A DNA stretch of 64,000 nt. It comes from Leucoraja ocellata (taxonomy: Eukaryota). Positions 11,020 through 21,918 of this stretch are shown here, in pieces (the stretch's first letter is position 1; each line of letters begins with the position of its first letter). A program made the position numbers and the translations under genes. The stretch spans positions 6,696,001 through 6,760,000 of the forward strand of contig JAWMAR010000023.1 of the NCBI GenBank assembly GCA_036785375.1, written 5' to 3'. Under the pieces are notes generated by a model. The model saw only the letters and a list, made by a program, of their open reading frames with translations, was not told the origin of the DNA and did no database searches.

Positions 11020-12500
11020 AGTGTGCTTACTTCAATGAAAAGAGTATTGTGGGTAAAGCTGATTAGCTTGAATCCGTGCTTGGAATTATGATGTCGTGGC
11101 CATGACAGAAACTTGGTTGCAAGAGGGACATGCCTGGCACCTCAACGTGCCTGGGTTTCGATGTTTCAGACGAGATCGAGGGGGTGGTAAAAGAGGAGGA
11201 GTTGCTTTGTTCATCAGGGAGAATGTCACGGTGGTAACCAGAGTGGACATACTGGAGGGCAGGTTTACTGAGGCATAATGAGTTGAGCTCAAAAATAAGA
11301 AAGGAGTAATTACTCTAATGGGATTTTATTATAGCCCACCCAATAGCCAGCGGGAGAGTGGTAAATCTGTGGAATTCTCTGCCACAGAAGGTAGTTGAGG
11401 CCAGTTCATTGGCTATATTTAAGAGGGAGTTAGATGTGGACCTTGTGGCTAAAGGGATCAGGGGGTATGGAGAGAAGGCAGGTACAGGATACTGAGTTGG
11501 ATGATCAGCCATGATCATATTGAATGGCGGTGCAGGCTCGAAGGGCCGAATGGCCTACTCTTGCACCTATTTTCTATGTTTCTATGAGATAATCAGATGT
11601 AGACAGATTATGGAAGGATGTAAGAACCACAGGATCGTTGTAGTGGATGACTTTAACTTCCCCAATATAGATGGAGACTTACATAGGCAAGTGGGAAGAG
11701 GATTAGATGGGGCAAAAGTTGTTAAGTGCAGCCAAGAAGGTTTCCTTAAGCAGTATGTGAATAGTCCGACTCGGAGAGGGACCATCGTAGACCTTGTACG
11801 GAAAAAGAGCCTGGCCAGGTGCCTGGTGTTACGGTGGAAGATTTTATGGATAGTGAGCACAACTCCAAAAGTTTTAAGGTTACACAAAAAAGCTGGAGAA
11901 ACTCAGCGGGTGCAGCAGCATCTATGGAGCGAAGGAGATAGGCAACGTTTCGGGCCAAAACCCTTCTTCAGACTGATCGGGGGCGGGGGTGGGTGGGGAC
12001 AAGAAAGGGAAAAGGAGGAGTAGCCAGAAGGCTGGGGGATGGGAGGAGACAGCAGGGGGGCTAAGGAAGGGGAGGAGACAGCAAGGACTAACAAAATTGG
12101 GAGAATTCGATGTTCATGCCCCCGGGGTGCAGACTCCCCAAACGGAATATGAGGTGCTGTTCCTCCAATTTCCGGTGTTGCTCGCTGTGGCCATGGAGGA
12201 GACCCAGGACAGAGAGGTCGGAGGCGGAGTGGGAGGGGGAGTTGAAGTGCTGAGCCACCAGGAGGTCAGCTTGGTTATTGCGGACCGAGCGGAGGTGTTC
12301 GGCGAAACTTGCGGAGTGGGAGGGGGAGTTGAAGTGGGACATGTCTGGATGTTTTGGGCAAGGCGGATTACAATGTCATTAGGCAGAAGCTAAGGAGTGT
12401 AGATTGTTATTGGGTAAGTCCGCAGAGGACGTGTGGGAGTCGTCGTTTGAAGGCCAGCTGATTGTGAGCTATAGCATGCATTAGAGACGGCAAGGATCAA
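11020..12500 (+). mobile_element. CR1-type LINE endonuclease fragment interrupted by a younger CR1 3' end (about 11352-11586) and a Penelope insertion (about 11880-12340)
   Basis: VAMTETWLQEG...GFRCFRRDRGGGKRGGVALFIRE and IVVVDDFNFPNID (APE domain); 11352-11586 is almost identical to 43636-43870 including the TTTCTATG tail. Confidence 0.8.
11880..12340 (-). mobile_element. Penelope-like retroelement 3' fragment
   Basis: ORF 12088-12342 (-) AQHFNSPSHSASDLSVLGL...RKLEEQHLIFRLGSLHPGGMN resembles a PLE GIY-YIG endonuclease C-terminus; it is followed by a terminal repeat with CTGAAGAAGGGTTTTGGCCCGAAACG. Confidence 0.78.
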
Positions 12501-13096
12501 AATATATGGGGAGTCTGTAAAAAGATACCTTACAGAGAGAAGCCGCAGAACATAAGGTGTTATGAAGAGATTTTGTCAGGTACAAAATATATAATCTGCC
12601 AAATATAAAATATAATGAAGATCATTTGTGCATTGGTGCTCTCCCTTTGGTGGAGCTACTGATACTGATTACTCTTCATAGACCTTCACTTTGTCAAACA
12701 ATACAAATATTCATTTGACCTGTTTGGTTAACCCAATAGATTAATCCAAAATTTATTATGTCAGAGACAAATCAATTTGCAGATTGGAAAAAAGCAAGTT
12801 TTTTATCTGGAATTCTACATGCGATATTCCTCAGGGTTGCCAGCTAATCAAGGCACAGAATATAAAAGAACTGATGATAGTGAGCCTCTTCATATGCCTG
12901 GATACATGGTGACAGATGACGTGATCAGCTCTTAAACCATCATGTAGTCTTTGTGTCGGGTTCCCAGCAGATGGCAATATTGCATTGCATTCATTCATTG
13001 GTTCAAAGGTGACAGCCATGGAGACTATAACATATTGTCCCAATTTAACAGAACAGTGTTTAAGAAGGAACTGCAGATGCTGGAAAATCGAAGGTA

Positions 13097-13239
13097 GACA
13101 AAAATACTGGAGAAACTCAGCGGGTGCAGCAGCATCTATGGAGCGAAGGAAATAGGCAACGTTTCGGGACGAAACGTTGCCTATTTCCTTCGCTCCATAG
13201 ATGCTGCTGCACCCGCTGAGTTTCTCCAGCATTTTTGTC
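13097..13239. repeat. Near-perfect inverted repeat (70-bp arms, 3-nt loop) of Penelope terminal repeats
   Basis: 13097-13166 is the reverse complement of 13170-13239 with one mismatch; loop GGA. Confidence 0.9.
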
Positions 13240-13432
13240 CAACAGAACAACAGTAATGATTATGACATTAACTCCAAACTGGCAAATATTCTTATGGGAA
13301 TTTAAAAAAAAAATTGCATTAAACTGACAACAGTTTATTTAGTAACTGCAGAATTCTAACCTAATCCAAATCAAATCAACAGTGACTTCTGTACTTAAAA
13401 AAATATATATTATAGTGTACATTTTTACCTAG

Positions 13433-13791
13433 TACCTTCAAACAGCTGTCAACAACCAGCTGAATAGAACACCATCTAACTCTGCTGTTTTCACCCATGA
13501 AGAATATTCACCTGTGTGAAATGTGAGAATGGAACCACTCTGGGTTTTAAATAAAGGATAAATAACTAGGCATTTATACCCTGGTATTTCACCCTGGCAC
13601 TCGTCACAATGGTATTTCGGATGTATTTTAGTGCTTTAATTATGGCTACTACCAGAGGTAAAATAAAAAGGGTGATCATAACCTAATCAGCTCCCTTGTA
13701 GATCATCTCATTTCTATTCCTTGGAGAACCCACCAAACTCAGTATCAGATGACACCAGTCAATCATTATCCTCAATCTCACCATATGCATC
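13433..13791 (+). pseudogene. Decayed TAS1R 7TM-exon fragment, close paralogue of the intact gene
   Basis: 13603-13791 reads VTMVFRMYFSALIMATTRGKIKRVIIT*SAPL*IISFLFLGEPTKL...LNLTICI, colinear with VTMIFLMNSGAPIVEGTGGKMNIVMLISLALLCCSSLLFLGEPTEL...LSLTICT of exon 6. It shares the 18-mer TTCCTTGGAGAACCCACC. The 5' boundary is less certain. Confidence 0.72.
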
Positions 13792-14369
13792 CCGAAACAG
13801 AAACAAAATATATCACAAACTTAAGTCTGATCTGGGTATACACTGTCAAACAGGCTTAACCTAATTCAAATTGATTTGCAAGGCATGATGCATTTACAAT
13901 CCCCTACATCTCGCATGCAAACAGGATGTCACACACAAATATAGCAAGAAGCATGCTCACAGGTGTGCAAAATAAACCTGACTTATTTTTCATCACGGTT
14001 CATTGAAGAATGGTGGAACAAGCAACAAAATATCTATTCATAGCAATTTGTATGGAGTAAGGCTGCCTAATATTCAAGGAATGTTGTTCTTCATTGGAAT
14101 ATAAAGGCATTAAATTCTATAACATTTTTTCTGAGCTTTATTCAGACTCTAAGAGTTCAGTTTTGGGCCATGACATTAAGGATATACTAGCTTTGAAGGA
14201 GATGCAGCACATGATCACAAAAGTTTACCAGAGACAGACATTATGCAGAAATTTTAATTGCGTTCTCGAGATTGGAAGAGTTGATAGTAGGGAATACCCA
14301 GCAGATCAGACCATGTCAGTGGAGAGAAAAAAAACAGAGCCAATATTATTTATGGAAGACTTAACACAG

Positions 14370-14545
14370 AAGGCAGTGGAGGACAATTCTCTGGAGGCTT
14401 TCAAGAGATAGTTAGATAGATCTCTTAAAGATAGAGGAGTGAAGGGATATGAGAGAAGGCAGGAACTGATTGTGGATGATCAGCCATGATCACAGTGAAT
14501 GGTGGTGCTGGCTCGAATGGCCTACTCCTGCACCTATTGTCTATA
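14370..14545 (+). mobile_element. CR1-type LINE 3' tail fragment
   Basis: Matches copies at 35258-35470 (-) and 58215-58352; ends in CCTACTCCTGCACCTATTGTCTAT. Confidence 0.65.
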
Positions 14546-14664
14546 AATGGCAAAATACGTTTGGATGTGTGACCCTGGGCCTCATGGGTACAATTCATCG
14601 TTGGATTAAACAGGCTGTTTGCGGGATTTGCACTTGCAGGTCTCAAATTTTTCACTTCCACCAC

Positions 14665-14762
14665 AATCAGTCTGAAGAAGTGTCCCCACTCCCGACCCGA
14701 ACAATCACCTATCCATGTCCTCCAGAGATGCTGCCTGACCCGCTGAGTTACTCCAGCCACTC
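14665..14762 (+). mobile_element. Penelope-derived repeat directly abutting exon 1 of the pseudogene
   Basis: CAGTCTGAAGAAG...GACCCGAAC...CCAGAGATGCTGCCTGACCCGCTGAGTTACTCCAGC. Confidence 0.7.
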
Positions 14763-14768
14763 TTTAAC

Positions 14769-14950
14769 ATGCTTCTCGTTTATTCCTGTCAGAATTTCCT
14801 TCCCTTTGCAAATGTCCACTGTGGCACTGCAATGTCTGGACCCATCAAAAAGCCGCTCCAACAGTTTCAGGCAAATGGGAATTACATCCTCTTTCCACTT
14901 TATGCCAGTAATGTAAACAGAATAAATTCAGAATCTAACAAGTGTGAAAG
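14769..14950 (+). pseudogene. TAS1R3-like exon 1 remnant
   Basis: QFQANGNYIL-FPLY...KCE then AG|gtaagt; same phase-2 junction as the intact exon 1, but the conserved GGL is missing. Confidence 0.7.
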
Positions 14951-16292
14951 GTAAGTATACTATTTGTTCTGTCTTGCAGTTTGAACCCCCCAGGCAGCTT
15001 GTTGTAGGACTGACTCATACGGACTGGTACAGCGCACATTTCCAACCCTGTTCCCTGAAGAGTTTATTGGGTAACTACACACCTTGCAACATTAAAAAAT
15101 GTTCTACGATTATTCTTAGAATCAGTATCAGTAAAATTTGTGCAAGGTCCCACATAAAGAGGTACTCGCTCAGATGATTGAAATCTTCATACAGGGGATA
15201 GGATTTAAGTGCTTAAAGAGCAGTAGGAAGTACAGAGGCGGTTGAGGGAATTCCAGAGCTTAGAGCCATGACTGGAATTCATAGCTGCCCATGGTAGGGT
15301 GAAGGAAATCCAGAATGGCTGGAACTGGAGCAGAAATATCTTGCAGGGTTAAATCTGGAGAAGATTAAGGACAACAAGGACAGTGATTTAATTTTAAAAT
15401 CATTGCAATAATGGGCTGGAAGCAAGTGCACCAGTGAACACTGGTGTGATGGGAATGTGTTACTTGATTTGAGATGGGATACAAATTTTGGATAATCACT
15501 TCATTTACAGGAATGGAAGGGGCTACAAAGAGCCTTGGTACCTTAGGTTTCAGGAGGTAAACAACAGCCAGTGATCGTAGCTGACATGTGAAAGTGGAAA
15601 CAATTAGGAAGCATTGAAAATCTAGACCTGGTATAATAGCTTCAGGTGGAATAATAAAAGCGCAGCAGAGTGAGTGAACTGGAATAAAATTCTGCTGATT
15701 AAGAGTGATGACTGTTATCCACAATACCTGTAAGATAATGTTTAGCAATTCCTGATCCCGGCACCACTCGTCATTGAAGGACACAAAGTGCTGGAGTAAC
15801 TATGTGGGTCAGGCAGCATCTCCAGAGAACATGGATAGGTAACATTGTTGTTGAGTTACTCTAGAACTTTGCACCCTTTTGTGTAAACATGCATCTGCAA
15901 TTCCTTGTTTCTACCTCTTGACCCAATTCCACTGGGTGGAGCCAGCAATGGCTGCCTTGCCAAGTCTGTCTGTCTTTTCCTTCTTTGTGATTTAATAATA
16001 TGTGTAAAATATGTTTTTAGTGTTCTTTAGCTTGTTTTATGTAGGGGGTGGGGGGAATTTTTTTATATGGTTGTATGGTAATTCACATATCACTGTACCT
16101 TAATTGGTATATGTGACAATAAAATACCTTTGAAACCTTGACACTGACTGTATTTCTACCAATGTTAAATCTTCACCACCCAATTCGAAAATCCTTTCTT
16201 CCTTGTGACTTTGTGAATACAAACCACTTTGGTGAGGGTGAATTCAGCCTGTGGTTATTGCTTGGCGGTTACTCCAACCTTTCTTTGCACAG

Positions 16293-16587
16293 ATTCCAGC
16301 TTGATGGTTTCCTTTGGGTTCAAGCAATGAAGTTTGCTATTGAAGAGATCAATAACTCTAACACTCTCCTACCAAATGTGACGCTGGAGTATGACATCCA
16401 GGATACCCGTCTCATGTCCTCAGTTGCAATGAGCTCAGCCATTTCCTACTTAACCATGAAAGCTGAAGAAGTATTTGATGTGAAGTGAGTGTGCTTACAC
16501 AAACGAGTGTTCGCAGTGCTCAGCCCCTCTACTTCTGAGCTCACCAGAATTACAGCTCGATTCTTCAGCTTCCTCCTTGTTCCACAG
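16293..16587 (+). pseudogene. TAS1R3-like exon 2 remnant
   Basis: FQLDGFLWVQAMKFAIEEINNSNTLLPNVTLEYDIQDTR...FDVK*...RVFAVLSPSTSELTRITARFFSFLLVPQ; TGA at 16486-16488 in place of the conserved Cys; no GT after CAG (CAG|gaacc). Confidence 0.9.
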
Positions 16588-18925
16588 GAACCAGCCACTG
16601 TTGCGAGCTTAATTTTCTGCGAATCAAAGCACTGATTAAATACACAATGTTCCACATAACACAACCCAACTTTCTACATTACTGACAGCATTCCTTCTTA
16701 ATTGGCATGCAGTACGGAGAAACTGTGAAGATCGTAACAGATCAGTGCACTCTGTGTTACACCACAGATCAAGCAGATACCAATAAGAGAATGGTGATTA
16801 ACTGAACTGATGGCTTAGGGAAGGGAATATCAGCCGGACTCCTTGCTGCTGATTACTATCCGCTGACCTTTACTGGAAAGTACATGGATGTGTTTGGATC
16901 ATTGAACTGTACAACACAGAATCAATCTGTGAGACTCATTTTCCCAGTGTCTGTGTTTGAAACAGTTTGTCTGTGACTACCACGTCCAATGCATGTTGAT
17001 CATAATCCTGTGGGTCCCTTTTGAAAGTTGAATACATTTGCTCATTTGATTGTGAGTGTGATTGGACTATTTGATTATAAGGATCATTTAAGCCGAGGCA
17101 AATTGTTCCTTCACAAACAGAAGATTCAAATGAAGCCAAGTATTCTTATTCAGGGAATTGTTCCATTTTCTAATGCTCGATCAGAACTTGGGAATCAATA
17201 CCATGTTGAGCATGATCAGGGACAACCACTCTATTCCTCAGTGAGAGTCGGGAACCCTTGAGGAACAGAGGATACTGCAAATAGGATTTTTCCTTTGTAA
17301 ACTTGGAATACATTTTAGAGTTTAAATGAGAAATATATCATGTAAAGCAAAGGCATCTTGTAACCAAGTAGCAGGTCTGCATTGATCTGCACATTGGCAA
17401 TTTCTGAAACATCTGAATGTAACACTATTGGTGTTAATTATTTCTCTCACACATTATTCAGTAACTCATCACTCAGCCACTTGACTGTATCGTTGCTTAA
17501 ATTAATCCAGCTCCCTCAGCCTATCATTCAATAAAAAACACTGGCAACTTTTGCATTTCAACCCCCCTTTTCCCCCCCCCCCTCCCCCCCCCCCCTAATT
17601 ATGCAATATCTACAACTATTTCCATTGTTGTAATCACTTGGGGGGAAATCGGGTGACTTCTGAGATAAGATGATGATGATTAACAAAACTCCCATCTGAA
17701 ATTATGATTTCACTTTCTCAGTATTCTTATGCAAATCCTGCTTTACATTGGAAATGTTGCAGGCAGGTGATACGGCTTTAGGCACCATCACGCAACATAT
17801 TGTTGTTTCAGGTTAAGACCCATCTTCAGTAATGTGGCAGTTGATGTCAGTGGTTTCTGAGGAATAGCAAATTGCACTCTGTAATTCGGGAGGTGGAAGT
17901 TGCAGAGAATCCTCATCACTTGCAGTGGGAAATCCTGCTGTAGATCAGACATTCTGCTGCGAGTGCTTCGCAAGTATTTGTTCATTTAGATTATTAAAGC
18001 ATTAAAGGTTTTTAAAATATGTATCTGTATTTAAGTTTAAATATGTTTTAAGTGGTTTCAAAGTCATATTACTATTTTTAATGGTCTTTCAGAGTTCTCA
18101 TGAAAATAAAATTAAAAAACATTAACTTTTTGCCACCTCTAAAAGTCATGACTTTCTTGCTGTTGGTTTCCTTTTTTTCCGTTGGCGTAGGCCAGGGGAA
18201 CATCTTGCAGGCCTCACATGACATCATCATAATATTCTATATCTATGCATTGCCAATGCATGCAAACCAATAGTAGCTTTCCTGAGGCAGTTTCCAATGG
18301 GGAGGATGGCTCACAGTTTTAATCTTGGTGGTCAGCGCCAGGCATGAGTGTTCTCTGCTGACTGTAAATTCTGCCATAATATATATACAATTTGAATATA
18401 ATTGTTTCAGTGTGACCTCTGAAACTCAGAGGGAAAATCACAAACATGCACCAGACTGCCTTCCCTCACATCCTTAATCTATCCCTGTTAACCTGCACCC
18501 AAAGCTTTCTGTCATTTTATTTTACATGTTGTAATGCTGTAATGCATTGAACAGGAGGAGAAAGGAGGAACAGAAGGTCAACACTGGTAATGTTTTTGGT
18601 GAATTTGAACAAAACTTTGATGTTGAAAACACACATATGCAGAACTACTCGCAGATCCAAGCTGGATTTGAAACCGCATTGAGGCACGTTCTAGTGAAGA
18701 GATCATTGTGCTGAAAGCATGGAGGGACACAAGGTTGGACATTAGGATCACGATGTACTGGATAACATAGAGCCAGCAGAAATTGAACTTATTCAATACA
18801 CAGGATTCCATCAAGGTCTGGGTTGAGAGGCGGAGTTTGGAAAAAAAACATTTTCACGCAGATTCCTTTATTTACAAAGGAGTCTGATCCTTGAGAAGTA
18901 ATATTACTACTTCTCTGACTTTCAG

Positions 18926-19045
18926 AAACTTGACTCCAATTGCTCAACTTCTTGTGGATCGAAAATGGTGAAAGGATATATTCCTTGCTGTTATGAGTGG
19001 GCTGATTGCCCATGAAAAGACTAATGCACAAACATCTCCAATATG
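18926..19045 (+). pseudogene. TAS1R3-like exon 5 (CRD) remnant
   Basis: tttcag|KLDSNCSTSCGSKMVKGYIPCCYEWADCP*. Confidence 0.8.
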
Positions 19046-19070
19046 GTAAAAACCATCTCCACCTCCACAG

Positions 19071-20005
19071 ACAAACAGTGCCTTCCATGTCAGAAAAATG
19101 AATGGTCATCACCAGGAAAAGTGAAATGTCAGAAGAGAGTGATCAAGTTCTTCCAGTGAACAGGCACACTGGCCATCTTGCTGTCTGCGCTGACTACTGC
19201 AGATCTCCTCATCATCACAACAGTAATTTGCATTTTTATCTTCAATCTCCATTGTCGGGCTGACTGGAGGGACCATCTCCTGTGATGCTGGTCATCATCG
19301 TCTGGTGATGCTGTTATTCATAGCCATAATAAGCTGCAGCATTTATCTTTTTCTGGAGAAACCAAACTGGTTACTATGTAGAATCAGTCAGCCCCTTCTC
19401 TCAATTGGCTTTGTTGTCTGTGTAGCAGCTATTAGTCATTTCAAGTGAGTAGTTTGTTTAGCAAAACCAGCTGCACCCCACAATGGTTCACTAAGTTCAT
19501 GTGACACAATGGCAAGTATTTACTTATCTGCTTTTTCCTGCTCCTTCAAGTTGCTCCGTGTACCACTTAGCAGTCTATGTCCCCTCCCTTTGTCTTTGTA
19601 AAATATGATATTTCTGTCATAGAAATATTCATGGAATGTGATGAGGGCTCCTTGAGTGTTTTTGGGTTACTATTAAGCTATAATGGCTTGCTTGCTCTTG
19701 CATGTCTGTTGTGTACTTTCAGTAGTACTTTACAAAAGTACTGCCTAAACGTACAATCTCGGCCAACATATTACCTTTGCCATGTTCATCTACCTCACAA
19801 TTGCTAGGAAAAAGCCTATACCATTGCCAAGGGCAAGTTTGTTTCCTTCACACAACTACTTGCAGGTCTTGAGAGCGTGTATGGAACCATCACATCCTAC
19901 TTCCTGCCCAAATGTTACATCATCCTCTTTAAAACACAATACAACACACAATCATACTGTCAGGAGCCTGTGGAGGCTCCATCATCCAACACTGAAGGCC
20001 AATGA
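19071..20005 (+). pseudogene. TAS1R3-like exon 6 (7TM) remnant
   Basis: Across shifting frames: QCLPCQKNEWSSPGKVKCQKRVIKFFQ*; SCSIYLFLEKPNWLLCRISQP; FMECDEGSLSVFGLLLSYNGLLALACLLCTF; TYNLGQHITFAMFIY; SYFLPKCYIILFKTQYNT...EGQ*. Confidence 0.9.
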
Positions 20006-20624
20006 TATGCCACCCTGGTACACATGCAGAATTTTCCCATCTTTCCCACATCCACTTGTTCAATGGAAACACTCCTTTGTGGCTGCAAGGGTGTTGCTTA
20101 CATGGCAAAATGTCGTTTTAAGAAGTAACTATGCTACATTGCAATTACTGTGAGAACCTGTGACACACGGGTGGAAAATACTGGTGGCACAACAGAGAGA
20201 CTCCACAACATTGTTCTGTGAACCTCGATTGAAGTTCTCACTAATTATGTGACTTTTACAAATAATGTTAGGGTGGCAGACAACCCACTTTTAATTGCAA
20301 AAAAGTGCAAAGTAATTTCTAGGTGAACGCTCTGAATTTCCTAAGTAGACAGCAGAGATGGAGCCATGTTGATTGTCTGAGCAGTTTGTCAGGTACCCAT
20401 ATCGTATACCCATATCATCATTAACGTTTCAGTATGCCTTCCATTAGTCTGCATGTACTTCCAAATAAATGCAATTGATGAAACAAGAGGAAGATGAAAC
20501 AAACAGCATGAAGAGGTGAGAGGGAGGGGCAAGGCATGGGCTAGCAAGCAATAGGTGAGATGGGGAATGATGGGTAGATGGAGTCAGGTGGGGAGAGTGG
20601 GGGCAAGTTAGGACTTAATTCCTC

Positions 20625-21030
20625 AGAGAGGTACATAAAATCACAAGAGGCTTGGATAGTGTGAAGACAGAATCATTCTAAGGGATGGGGAATCTAACAC
20701 AAGAGGGCTTAGGTTTAAGGTAAGCGGGGTAAGATTTAAAAGGACCTCAGGGGCAACTTTTTCATGGAGGATGATACAGATATCGAATGTACTGCCAGTG
20801 AAAGTGTTTGAGGCAGGTCATAAAGGCATGGAGTCATTCAGCACAGAAACAGGTCATTCATTCATTCTGCAGTAACAACATTTAAAATACATTTGAACCA
20901 GTGCATGTAAGATAAAAGTTTAGAGTTGATATAGGTGTGTGCAGGCAAATGGGAATAGCAGAGATAGGCATATTGGTTGGCATGGACAAGTTGGGCTAAA
21001 GGGCCTGTTTCTGTGCTGTATGACTATGAT
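20625..21030 (+). mobile_element. Decayed CR1-type LINE 3' fragment
   Basis: ...GGGCTTAGGTTTAAGGTAAG...AGATTTAAAAGGACC...GGGCCTGTTTCTGTGCTGTATGACTATGA tail. Confidence 0.6.
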
Positions 21031-21704
21031 TCTAATTGCTCTCACACATACCAACCAGACTGCCAGAATATTCTATAAGAGCTCCAGGTGTTTTATTTCC
21101 ATTTAAATATGGGACATAACTTATCCAAATCGATTCACTTCAGTGCCCAAGGATTGTAATTATGTTTTAGATGATGTGTAGATTAGTGACCCAAGAGGTT
21201 TAGATGAATACACAGGATGAATGCAAAGGGAAATTAGTCAACAATGCAAATAATATCCAAATTGAACAGTCAAAATGATAGCAATGTTCCTATCTGACTT
21301 GCAAAAGCTCCTTCAACAGGTTTCAGAGGACAGTGGGTACGTAATTCCGAATTAAATTAATATTATAACTAACCTGGGAGTATTTGAGAGTATAAAAAGT
21401 GTTAATCTGGATCCAGCACATTCTGTCCCTAAAATCAGTATATATGACGGAACGGTGCCCTCTAATATAATGCATGCAGTACCAATGTTAATCCTAATCA
21501 AAGCCTCCATTGTCAACTACCCCTCTAAAATGTGGCCCCATGAGTGAGATAAACTTTCATTAATGTAGGTCCTGCTGTTGAATTTGCAAATATGATTCCA
21601 ATCTCACCAAGCAAATAACAAACTGCTGGAGGAACTCAGTAGGTCAGGCAGGAAAATCTCACCAAGTTGGACTCGCATGATCCTTACTAAATATTTTTTT
21701 CCAA

Positions 21705-21918
21705 AAGATAGACGCAAAAAGCTAGAGTAACTCAGCAGGACCAGCAGCATCTCTGGCGAGGAATGGGTGACGTTTCGAGTCGAGACACTTCCTCAGACTT
21801 TCTCGACCCGAAACATCACCCATTCCTTCTCTCCAGAGATGCTCCCTGTCCCGCTGAGTTACTCCAGCTTTTTGTGTCTATCTTCAGTTTAAACCAGCAT
21901 CTGCAGTTCCTTCCTACA
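21705..21918. repeat. Inverted pair of Penelope-derived terminal repeats
   Basis: ...GGGTGACGTTTCGAGTCGAGA... followed by ...TCTCGACCCGAAACATCACCC...; flanks are reverse-complementary. Confidence 0.75.

Larger units (their letters stand above)
14769..20005 (+). pseudogene. TAS1R3: TAS1R3-like taste receptor pseudogene (likely the chondrichthyan TAS1R3C lineage)
   Basis: Remnants of exon 1 (14769-14950), exon 2 (16293-16587), possibly exon 4 (about 16990-17140), exon 5 (18926-~19045) and exon 6 (19071-20005), with multiple stops and frameshifts; lies tail-to-tail with DVL1. Confidence 0.82.
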
